A stretch of DNA of 64,000 nucleotides from Candidatus Bathyarchaeota archaeon (lineage in GTDB: Archaea > Thermoproteota > Bathyarchaeia > Bathyarchaeales > Bathycorpusculaceae), in NCBI GenBank assembly GCA_963739305.1, contig CAVTZU010000001.1:551-64550 (forward strand), in the 5' to 3' direction. Position numbers and translations under genes: made by a program. Positions within the stretch are counted from its first letter, which is position 1. Each line of letters starts with the position of its first letter. The notes below the pieces were generated by a model. That model ran no database searches. It saw only the letters and a program-made list of their open reading frames with translations, and was not told the origin of the DNA. Shown here in pieces: positions 39,346 through 47,297 of this stretch.

Positions 39346-39918
39346 TCAACGGTTGCCGAATTTCTCTTGGTAGACTAGTTGCCGAAGCGGTTTTCGGTCT
39401 TTTTTTGGAAGTTCGCCCTTCATTTTGCCGATGGGAATGATTGCGATGACTCTCACGTCCCTTGGAACTTCCAGAATCTTTCGTACTGCCGCTTCAGAGG
39501 ATTTTTTGTCATCCTTACGGTCAAATACACCGATCCACGAAGAGTTCAGTCCCACGCTGTAGGCTGCCAACGACATGTTTTGTGCAGCTGTTGCGCCGTC
39601 TTCTACGTAGTGATACGGATCTTCCATTGCGTTGACGGCTACCACGATGCACAGTGGAGCTTCCTTCAGTCCTTGGACGAAAGTTGTTGGGACAACCTCG
39701 CTCAGCATGTTCTTTGTCTTCGTGTCCTTTATGACTATGAAGTTCCATGGCTGCTTGTTAATCCAGGATGGAGCCCATCTTCCTGACTCAAGAATTGCTT
39801 CCAGTTTGTCGTCTTCTACGGGGGTGCTTTCGAACCTCAAGACGCTACGTCTATTCATGATTGTTTCTAAGACTTCATTTGTCATGATTTCATCCTTCCG
39901 TTCGAGTACCTTATTCAA
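39346..39918 (-). CDS. nitroreductase family protein
   Basis: RRSVLRFESTPVEDDKLEAILESGRWAPSWINKQPWNFIVI. Confidence 0.85.
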   Translation of the reverse strand: MNKVLERKDEIMTNEVLETIMNRRSVLRFESTPVEDDKLEAILESGRWAPSWINKQPWNFIVIKDTKTKNMLSEVVPTTFVQGLKEAPLCIVVAVNAMEDPYHYVEDGATAAQNMSLAAYSVGLNSSWIGVFDRKDDKKSSEAAVRKILEVPRDVRVIAIIPIGKMKGELPKKDRKPLRQLVYQEKFGNR

Positions 39919-40076
39919 AACTGATATTTAAAAGGTTAACGCGTAGCAAGAGAGAACCAGTTCAACGGAGTGTAAGTAGACCGAAGAAGAAAGGGAAGCT
40001 TCTTTTGGCAGAATTCCCTTCTCCTAGATGAATTTGCAATCTGATTTTTGCTTTCATAAGTGTTTAATTTCGTGAA

Positions 40077-40331
40077 ATGGTCAGTTGTTGCTTGCAGGGT
40101 GAACGGAATTTGAATGAACAGATCTATCAAGCTTGCAAGGAATTGATTGATGACGCCAAGAGTGGATGCGCAGATTTGGTTTTTAAAGAGATATGTCTTG
40201 AGATTCTATCGAGAGCGAGTCACGTTCTTACAAAACTTCAATTCAGGAGACTTGCCGCATACGCGGCCCAACGAATGCGGGAAGAGATGCCTCTCGAAGT
40301 GCGTGAACAGGAGCTGGCTTGGAACAGATAA
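40077..40331 (+). CDS. hypothetical protein
   Basis: 84-aa ORF with no motif. Confidence 0.3.
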   Translation: MVSCCLQGERNLNEQIYQACKELIDDAKSGCADLVFKEICLEILSRASHVLTKLQFRRLAAYAAQRMREEMPLEVREQELAWNR

Positions 40332-40419
40332 GCAATTTGTTTTCGAAACTTAAACCGTAGCGTGAGCCATTGCAGGGCACCTTCACCCTGCGCCACTTAT
40401 TTTCTTGCCGAAGCATCTT

Positions 40420-40908
40420 TCAGCAGAGTTTGTAACCGATCTTTCTCAGAAACTCTTTGCGCTGTTTGATGTCGGGCTCTGTTTCGATGCCTTTGCTTGG
40501 TGAGCCATCTACCACGCCGATTATGCCCCGGCCTTGATTGGTCTGAGCGATGATCACTTCAAGAGGGTTGGCCGTGGCAGCGTAGATCATGCAGACTTCA
40601 GGGACGTTTTTGACTTTATCGAGAACGTTTATTGGAAAAGCATTCTTGAGGAAAATTATGAAGCTGTGACCGCAGCTGATTTCAAAGGCTTTTTTCGCTG
40701 CCAACTGTCGCAATTCTTCATCATTTCCTTCGTGTCTTACGAGGCATGGGCCAGAGCTTTCGCAAAAGCCGATGCCGAACCGTATGTTCGGAACAGCGTT
40801 CACCAATGCCTCGTGGATGTCCTCGACTGTTTTGATGAAATGAGCCATTCCTAAAACTATGTTTCCTCCTTCTGGAGCATCGATTCTAACTGTTTTGAAC
40901 TCGAGCAT
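40420..40908 (-). CDS. adenosine-specific kinase family protein (PAE2307/DUF355-like)
   Basis: [17 protein letters not shown]...[15 protein letters not shown]...[22 protein letters not shown]. Confidence 0.7.
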   Translation of the reverse strand: MLEFKTVRIDAPEGGNIVLGMAHFIKTVEDIHEALVNAVPNIRFGIGFCESSGPCLVRHEGNDEELRQLAAKKAFEISCGHSFIIFLKNAFPINVLDKVKNVPEVCMIYAATANPLEVIIAQTNQGRGIIGVVDGSPSKGIETEPDIKQRKEFLRKIGYKLC

Positions 40909-40954
40909 GATCGCCCCCCATCTGCATTCGTCTAACCGCGAATTTAAGACTTCG

Positions 40955-42250
40955 TCATCTGCGTGCAGTTCTGGCGACTCTTAGTACGAATAGAATTGTG
41001 CCAACCAGCACTATGAAGGACGAAATGTAGAAGACATTCACATAGGCGGCGTAAGATGATCTTCCATACACGTTGACCTGCAAGTCTGCAAGTGGTCCAC
41101 CGATGAGGAATCCAGCGGGCCCCCAGCTCAAAGCCATGACGGTGTTGTATCTGCTTAGAAGTCTTCCTCTGCGATCTTTCGGGATAAGGTCGCCTGCAAA
41201 CACCAGTCCTACTGTCTGGATGGTCCAGAAGGACACCCCGTTTAGTCCGTAGACTAGAGCCATCAGAAATTCACTGGAAGCAAGAGGATAAAGCAAAGGT
41301 GTTATTATGGCAAAGCTTAGTCCCATCAGGAGAATTCTAATTCGCCCGAAGCGGTCTGAAAGCCGTCCTGCGGCTAGGCTTGCAACCATCCCGCCTACTG
41401 TCCACGCTGAAAGGACCAGACTCATTTGAGAGTCGTTGAAGTTTAATCCTGAAGGCAGGTTTATGAAGAGAAGGAATATTTGGTTTATGCAGGCTGCTCC
41501 CAAGACGACGACAATCAAGGACAACAGGAAAAACATGTACGTCTTCTGATTTCCAGGGCCGGGTTTGGGTTCACTCTTGCAGTTCTCATCAGTGAGCGAT
41601 CTTTGTTGCGTCGTCACTTGATTCTTTTTCATGGTACGAGAAGTAAATGCCATTATGGCTGCGCCAACCAACAGCAAGGCTGTTACGATGTAGAAGATTC
41701 TGCCACTTCTGAAACCTTCGCCTTCGGCGTATAACAAACCTGCGAACAGAATTCCGCCCATCCTTCCGAGGGAAGCAATGAAGTTCATTGCGCCTATGAC
41801 TTTTCCTCGATTCGCTGGAGTCGTAACGTCGGTCAAGGTTGCTGCCCAGCCTACATCGGACATCGACCAGAAGAACTCGAGTATCGATAGCCCGAAAATT
41901 ATTGCCAGACCAGCAAGGTAGTTTGTTCCAGCGTTCACCAAGGCCGTGTGCACTAGGAACACTATTATATAAGCAAATGCGGCGATCGTTTCTCCTGCAA
42001 CTATCAAGGTTGTTCGGATCTTTCGTCTGTCACACAGTTTTCCCCATAGCAGATTCTGGCCCAGGGAAGAAAATATCATGTTGAGGGTTCCGAGAGCCGC
42101 GGTAGAGGTAACAGTGCCCATCAAGGTGAAGAGGTAGTTGATCATGAATGTGTAAAATACGCCTCTTCTGAGAAACGTGAGAAACTCGAAAACGCTGAGG
42201 TTGAAGTATGTCTTCCTGAAGGATGTGTTTTCGGTTTCAGTGTTCTCCAA
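40955..42250 (-). CDS. MFS transporter
   Basis: About 12 hydrophobic helices; loop motifs [10 protein letters not shown] and [14 protein letters not shown]. Confidence 0.85.
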   Translation of the reverse strand: MENTETENTSFRKTYFNLSVFEFLTFLRRGVFYTFMINYLFTLMGTVTSTAALGTLNMIFSSLGQNLLWGKLCDRRKIRTTLIVAGETIAAFAYIIVFLVHTALVNAGTNYLAGLAIIFGLSILEFFWSMSDVGWAATLTDVTTPANRGKVIGAMNFIASLGRMGGILFAGLLYAEGEGFRSGRIFYIVTALLLVGAAIMAFTSRTMKKNQVTTQQRSLTDENCKSEPKPGPGNQKTYMFFLLSLIVVVLGAACINQIFLLFINLPSGLNFNDSQMSLVLSAWTVGGMVASLAAGRLSDRFGRIRILLMGLSFAIITPLLYPLASSEFLMALVYGLNGVSFWTIQTVGLVFAGDLIPKDRRGRLLSRYNTVMALSWGPAGFLIGGPLADLQVNVYGRSSYAAYVNVFYISSFIVLVGTILFVLRVARTARR

Positions 42251-42314
42251 AGAAACACTCTTGTCAGAGTTGATATTGATTTGGAAAAATGGATAACAGA
42301 GAATTAAAGGATTT

Positions 42315-43412
42315 CTAGATCAGAAACTTCCCGTTCTTGTAGAACAGTTTGTCGTCTGCGTAGATTTCTCCGTCTTTCTTCATATCTTTGAGTATGTCCC
42401 AGTGGATTGCTGACTTGTTTTGAGCGAGAGATTCTGGATAGGAGTTGCCGAGTGCCATGTGGATTGTGCCGCCCATTTTTTCGTCAAACAGCATGTTCTT
42501 TGTGAACCTGTTTATTCCGTAGTTTGTTCCGATTGACGCCTCGCCCAGACGATCTGCGCCTTCCACCTTCAGTATTTGCTGGAGGAAATCGTCGCCCTTC
42601 GCTGCCGAGGCTTTGACAACTCTGCCGTCTTTGAATGCGAGCTTGATGTCTTCAACTTCTCTACCTGCATAGATGCCTGGGTAGGTGAATCTTACTGTGC
42701 CGTTGACCGAGTTCTCTACAGGTCCTGTGAACACTTCTCCGTCTGGCATATTTTCTTTTCCGCTGCAGTTGATCCATTTCCTTCCTTGAACGTTGAACGT
42801 CAGATCTGTATCTTCGCCTAGGACGTGGATTTCTTTGGCTTGGTTCAAGAAGTCGCACGTCTTCTGCTGCTGTTGACTGACGCGTTTCCATTCAGCGATC
42901 GGGTCTTCTCTGTCCACTAGACAGCTGCTGTACACGAAATTCTCGTACTCTTCCAAGGCCATTGAGGCCTCTTGAGCCTCTGCGTTTATCGGAAACGGTA
43001 AACCTGTCCATCTGAGCTTGCCCTCCCCCACTCGTTTCATAAAGATTTCCATTAGTTCTCGTCTGGCAGCCGCGCGAGTCCTCATCTTCACTGGGTCGAC
43101 AGTTGACAGCCCTTTGGGGCTCGGTTCACAGAATATTCCTATGTTGACGTCAGCGTTCTCAGCAACGAATTTTATAACCGGCGAGACGAACGTGAGCTGG
43201 TGTTCCTTCGCGTACTTGTAGAAAGTGTATTCGGTGTCGAGGTTTGCGAGAACAAGCGGATGAGCATCGCTCAGCAAGCATTCTTTGTAGATTTCATTGA
43301 TCAATGGATACGCAGCAGAAGTTCCCTGTATGATTACTTGCTCGTTAGGTTTCACGTTTACGCTGTAGTGGACGCAGAGTTGTGCGAGTTTTTCGATTCG
43401 TTGGTCGACCAT
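42315..43412 (-). CDS. aminopeptidase, M29 (AmpS/PepS) family
   Basis: Start chosen at MVDQRIEKLAQLCVHYSVNVKPNEQVIIQG, the typical family N-terminus. C-terminal HMALGNSY and SAIHWDIL motifs. The upstream 92 codons of the ORF look non-coding. Confidence 0.8.
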   Translation of the reverse strand: MVDQRIEKLAQLCVHYSVNVKPNEQVIIQGTSAAYPLINEIYKECLLSDAHPLVLANLDTEYTFYKYAKEHQLTFVSPVIKFVAENADVNIGIFCEPSPKGLSTVDPVKMRTRAAARRELMEIFMKRVGEGKLRWTGLPFPINAEAQEASMALEEYENFVYSSCLVDREDPIAEWKRVSQQQQKTCDFLNQAKEIHVLGEDTDLTFNVQGRKWINCSGKENMPDGEVFTGPVENSVNGTVRFTYPGIYAGREVEDIKLAFKDGRVVKASAAKGDDFLQQILKVEGADRLGEASIGTNYGINRFTKNMLFDEKMGGTIHMALGNSYPESLAQNKSAIHWDILKDMKKDGEIYADDKLFYKNGKFLI

Positions 43413-43667
43413 CTGTTTCACCGTTGAGAAACATGGTAGTAGATTTATCTGGCTAAAAACCTTGCTGTCCTCTACAGGTCCAGCTGTACCAAAAAAGTTG
43501 AGTTGTTGCAGGTTTTCCGGCGTGAGAATCTGGGGAAATTTGTCGAGAAAGCGGATTACCGTCATCTTTTTGGTGACGACAAGTTTTATAAGACACGTTA
43601 GCTTGATCTGTGCTTCGTGCAAGAAGCGATTTTTGCACAAATCGATCAAAGGAGTTGAAATAGTAAG

Positions 43668-43808
43668 ATGGCAGAGAAAGAAATGCACAAGGCAGTTTGC
43701 GCTGAATGCGGAAAGGAATGTGAAGTCCCCTTCAAGCCTGACCCGAGCAGACCTGTTTACTGCCGAGAGTGCTGGTCCAAGAAAAGAACCACAAGAAGAA
43801 GATTCTAG
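43668..43808 (+). CDS. small zinc-ribbon protein (CxxC-x17-CxxC type), 46 aa
   Basis: MAEKEMHKAVCAECGKECEVPFKPDPSRPVYCRECWSKKRTTRRRF. A GGAG-like element lies ~15 nt upstream. It is absent from the ORF track because it is shorter than 60 aa. Confidence 0.6.
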   Translation: MAEKEMHKAVCAECGKECEVPFKPDPSRPVYCRECWSKKRTTRRRF

Positions 43809-43983
43809 ACATAGCTGACGATCGCGACCAGAGTCTGATTATTCTTTTTTTCTTACATTATTCTGCTTCATTCTTTGAGATCATTTGATTTTGAAATGCA
43901 GCAATATACGTTGGAAACACGCTGTTAGCTTACCGAAAGCTCTAAATCCCGTACAGTCGGTTGTTTTGTGAAAAGAACCAAGC

Positions 43984-44057
43984 GGGCCGGTAGTTCAGTT
44001 GGTATGAACGCCTGACTTGCACTCAGGAGGTCTGGGGTTCAAATCCCCATCGGTCCA
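43984..44057 (+). tRNA. tRNA-Ala (anticodon UGC), no encoded CCA; its 3' part is the attL core
   Basis: Acceptor GGGCCGG/TCGGTCC with G3:U70; D-stem GTTC/GAAC; anticodon stem CCTGA/TCAGG with loop CTTGCAC; T-arm TGGGG-TTCAAAT-CCCCA. Confidence 0.9.
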
Positions 44058-44102
44058 CTCCATTCTAGAAATAGGGGTCAAATTGAGCAATTTTATTCCC
44101 AT
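43995..44102 (-). other. Int(N) remnant: 35-codon ORF reading from the element's left end through attL, antisense to tRNA-Ala
   Basis: MGIKLLNLTPISRMEWTDGDLNPRPPECK.... The segment ISRMEW(P/T)DGDLNPRPPECK is shared with codons 11-29 of the integrase ORF at attR. Confidence 0.5.
44016..44073 (+). repeat. attL core (58 bp): 42 nt of the tRNA-Ala 3' part plus 16 nt downstream
   Basis: Identical to 48186-48243 except T at 44054 versus G at 48224 (manual alignment). Confidence 0.9.
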
Positions 44103-44181
44103 GTTTTGATTCCCATTGATTCCCAGAGCACCAATGCAATCTGTGCTAACTTTGTGAATTGAGTATTCTCTCTGATTCCCA
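44094..44181 (+). promoter_or_regulatory. four copies of (G/T)ATTCCCA (TGGGAAT on the minus strand) next to attL
   Basis: Copies at 44094-44101, 44108-44115, 44118-44125 and 44174-44181. One overlaps the Int(N) ATG. Confidence 0.4.
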
Positions 44182-44183
44182 TT

Positions 44184-44294
44184 TTACCCTAGATAGTGCT
44201 TGACTCTGTAGCTGTTGCCTCTTTGCTCCATGAAGCCTTCAACACCACATACAGGGCATTTGACTTTCAACTTTTCACCAATCTTGAAAGGCTC
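44184..44294 (-). pseudogene. start-less ORF fragment with a CPVCG zinc-knuckle
   Basis: Stop-to-stop reading gives EPFKIGEKLKVKCPVCGVEGFMEQRGNSYRVKHYLG*. A TGA lies immediately upstream, and the nearby ATG (44307) is in another frame. Confidence 0.3.
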
Positions 44295-44387
44295 TCACAG
44301 GGCACATGATAAAAAGAGATTGGTCAAAAGACAAGTATAGGCTCTAGAGAGTAGAGTTCAAATGAAATATGGCTTGGAATATGACAA

Positions 44388-45122
44388 CTAGCCAGAACTA
44401 GTGTCTGAAATCCGAGTTTGCCTATCACTCAAACCCTTCAATTGAACTATTACATTAATGCAAGATATGATCAGGAGAGGAGAAGCAAGAACTATTGCGT
44501 TACTTAGTACAGAGAAGTAAAATGGCAAGAACGCAAATACTAGGAAACCAGGAAACGAGGGCTGAGTTGCTAGAGCTACATAACCAACAACTATGAATAG
44601 GGCATAGGCAAAGATGGCAGCCAAGCTGCAGGTTCTGGAAAGACCTAATCTGATTTTCTTTTCTTCATTCATTTTCTTCAATCCGTTGGCTTCATAGACA
44701 GTGGAATAGCCCCATACTAAACAAGTTTCAACTGCCCATAGCAGAGGACTAAAAGGAGATAACAAGAAGTACAGCCCTCCCCCAAAGCCTGCCAGAAAAA
44801 ATACAAAGAATGGCAATGGAAGAATAAAAAAGAGGTTTATCTTCCACGACAAGCTCAGTTTGTCTGCTATTGTCTTCTGTCCGAGCTGGTTCCAACCTTC
44901 AACTCTCTTGTGAGCACCATACACCCAAAAAAACAAAATCACAAAGGGAAAGATGTATTCTAGGAAGACGAAGAAGTTATAGGAGGCAGGCAATGCAAAT
45001 GCATAGGAGAAACGAAATCCAGTTCCAATGAGCAGAAGAAGACAAAGGCTTAAAAGAGAAAAAATGAAGCCAGTTCTCAGAGCCTCAAAGCTGGCTGTTC
45101 CAGGATTTCCTTCACGAGTCAT
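44388..45122 (-). CDS. polytopic membrane protein (hypothetical), element cargo
   Basis: 244 aa with about 7 hydrophobic helices and no catalytic motif recognised. Confidence 0.5.
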   Translation of the reverse strand: MTREGNPGTASFEALRTGFIFSLLSLCLLLLIGTGFRFSYAFALPASYNFFVFLEYIFPFVILFFWVYGAHKRVEGWNQLGQKTIADKLSLSWKINLFFILPLPFFVFFLAGFGGGLYFLLSPFSPLLWAVETCLVWGYSTVYEANGLKKMNEEKKIRLGLSRTCSLAAIFAYALFIVVGYVALATQPSFPGFLVFAFLPFYFSVLSNAIVLASPLLIISCINVIVQLKGLSDRQTRISDTSSG

Positions 45123-45177
45123 CTATTCTCATTATAGACTCTCTTCTACTTCAACAAAAGCCCTGCACTATTGTTAG

Positions 45178-45441
45178 AACTTGTGGAAGAATCAGAAATA
45201 GTAAAAGAAATTCTTACACAATAGAATATCAAAGAACCAAAGATATACTATACGTTGGAAACATTCTAGGACAAGTCAACATTCGAAACACTCTAGTCTA
45301 CACTCACCTAGTCAACTATTGCTCTGAAGAATTCTTCTGCAAAGTAGCCACATCAATAGATGAAGCCAAATCTCTCATTGAACAGGGCTTTGAGTACGTC
45401 ACAGAAATAGATGGTGTAAAGCTGTTCAGGAAACGAAAATA
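45178..45441 (+). pseudogene. C-terminal fragment of a tyrosine recombinase (decayed)
   Basis: No start codon. KRNSYTIEY...ILGQVNIRNTLVYTHL corresponds to the LRHxxAT...LGHxxIxTTxxYTH box with the His residues replaced, followed by the tail FFCKVATSIDEAKSLIEQGFEYVTEIDGVKLFRKRK. Confidence 0.55.
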
Positions 45442-45498
45442 AGCAAAGTTTCCTTCCCTTCTTTTTCTGTTCTGAAAATTGCTAAAGGCTCTAAGGGC

Positions 45499-46878
45499 TC
45501 AGGTTGAATGTCTTCTCTTGTAGACTATGACTGCTAGTGATGCTGCTATCATGAATAATGGAACTAAGAAGGATGGAAACTCTGGAAACACTTCTATTAT
45601 TGAGCCAGAGACTGGATGAACATATGTGAAGTACACAGTAGTGTATGTGCCATTTGATCCAACAATTCTGCTACTACTGGTGAAAGTGCCATTTATCAAA
45701 ACCTGATAGTATGAAGCGTTGATTATGTCGTTTGGAAAGGTAATTCTGCAGAAACCAGTAGTTCCTTCCAAACCAGTAACTCCAGTGAGCTCTAGAAACC
45801 ATCCATAGTCTGTAGGCTCAAAAGCCTGCGAGACATTCACATTTCCAATTGTTGAATTGCTGATTACTTCTATTTCTTCAAGCCTAGAGAATGGAGGCGT
45901 GTTTGCATGTACAATAAAACTCTGAAATGTACCCATCAAGGGATAGTGGTCTGTGTTGTTTGCATCAATGACATACGGTGTATCGCCTATTCCATCCTGA
46001 TTGCTGTCTGTGCCATTGTAGTCACTCCAATAGTTGCCTTCCAAATAGTTGTCAAAGTAGTTGCTTCCTGGAGATGAAAATAAGTACACTTGACCTTCCC
46101 AGTTGTTGATGAAATTGTTGTGGTACATCGAGTTGTAGTAAGACCTGTCCATCATGATACTCCAGACTGTGTCGTTGATCATGTTGTCAATCATAACATT
46201 GTTATATGCTTCAGAAAGTTCAATCCCACAAATTCCTTCAGACATTACATTTGAATATATCTCGTTGTAAGAGCTGTAAAACAATCCAATACGTTCCTGA
46301 TGGCCTCCTTCAATTCTGTTTCCTATCACTTTATTTTCTGTTGAATCATTGAGTACGCAATTTACCCAATTATTGATCATAACGTTGTTTTCAATGGTGT
46401 TCTTTCTTGAAAAAGAATCCAGAAATACAGTGGTGCCATTGTTGTTTTGGAGGATGTTGTTAGCTACTACGTTGTTTGAACTGTTAACGTAGATTGCACT
46501 GTTCTCATGGTATGGGAAAAACCCTCCTCCCTGAATTGTGAAATTGCCTACGCTTGTATTGTCTACCATGACAACGATGACTTTCTCAGTTCCATTTCCA
46601 TCAATGATTGTGGTCTCCTTGTCTTGTCCAGTAAGATGTAGGGATTTGTTCAAGATGATCGTTCCATAATAGGTTCCAGCATCAACAAGTATTGTATGCC
46701 CATTCAAAGTTTCACTGGCATCTATTGACTCTTGGATAGTGCTATAATTCAACCCAGTGTTGAGGTTATGAACGTGGTAGCCATCAGAAGCTCTCACACT
46801 GTTTTGTTGAAATCTTGGATACTGCAGACAAACAAGAAGAAGCAGAAAAGCAAGAATGAGAACTAACCTTCTGCTCAA
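45499..46878 (-). CDS. secreted right-handed beta-helix (NosD/CASH-like) protein with a PEF-CTERM signal; paralog of 6958..8655
   Basis: TTG start; MSRRLVLILAFLLLLVCLQYPRF...; NYWSDYNGTDSNQDGIGDTPY; C-terminal PEFPSFLVPLFMIAASLAVIVYKRRH. The 5' leader is also conserved with 6909-6957. Confidence 0.8.
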   Translation of the reverse strand: MSRRLVLILAFLLLLVCLQYPRFQQNSVRASDGYHVHNLNTGLNYSTIQESIDASETLNGHTILVDAGTYYGTIILNKSLHLTGQDKETTIIDGNGTEKVIVVMVDNTSVGNFTIQGGGFFPYHENSAIYVNSSNNVVANNILQNNNGTTVFLDSFSRKNTIENNVMINNWVNCVLNDSTENKVIGNRIEGGHQERIGLFYSSYNEIYSNVMSEGICGIELSEAYNNVMIDNMINDTVWSIMMDRSYYNSMYHNNFINNWEGQVYLFSSPGSNYFDNYLEGNYWSDYNGTDSNQDGIGDTPYVIDANNTDHYPLMGTFQSFIVHANTPPFSRLEEIEVISNSTIGNVNVSQAFEPTDYGWFLELTGVTGLEGTTGFCRITFPNDIINASYYQVLINGTFTSSSRIVGSNGTYTTVYFTYVHPVSGSIIEVFPEFPSFLVPLFMIAASLAVIVYKRRHST

Positions 46879-46979
46879 GGTACACCATTAATCATACTGG
46901 TCATATCAGTAATTATGACTTATGGAGAAATCCTTCTGTTCATGTGCACAATATATGTAGCCTTATCAAAGCCTGAGAC

Positions 46980-47210
46980 TCAATCAAGAGTATTTAGTTC
47001 TTCTAGCAAGAGGTACACCCCAATCAGCAGGAACATCAAACTGGAGATTGCCATGAATGCAGACAAGTTACTCCACTCATTGAATACAGAATACACTTCA
47101 TAAGTCAGATAGAATTCAAGAATACTAAGAATTATCATGAAAACACTAAACACAGTCTTGGCTATGCTCATCTTCAGGTCACCAACCATTTGAAGATAGT
47201 TACGAGGCAA
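46980..47210 (-). CDS. small two-TM membrane protein (hypothetical)
   Basis: 76-aa ORF with two hydrophobic helices. Confidence 0.35.
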   Translation of the reverse strand: MPRNYLQMVGDLKMSIAKTVFSVFMIILSILEFYLTYEVYSVFNEWSNLSAFMAISSLMFLLIGVYLLLEELNTLD

Positions 47211-47297
47211 GTGGTTAATTTGCTTGAGGGTCTTCAGAATTCTCTTATTTCAGAACCTTTCTTTCTAAGGACCCTCTGGAAGTTTTTCATCGTAGTT

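Noticed and set aside
43462-43818. The 118-aa plus-strand ORF.
   Set aside because: Its 5' part is antisense to sequence just upstream of the aminopeptidase start. Its 3' part overlaps, in another frame, the well-formed 46-aa zinc-ribbon ORF.
44388-45122. The polytopic membrane protein next to the PEF-CTERM gene as a candidate archaeosortase.
   Set aside because: Archaeosortases and exosortases have an ordered Cys...Arg...His catalytic set in the C-terminal half. The only His in this protein (GAHKRV) precedes the candidate Cys residues, and no CSG-like motif is present.
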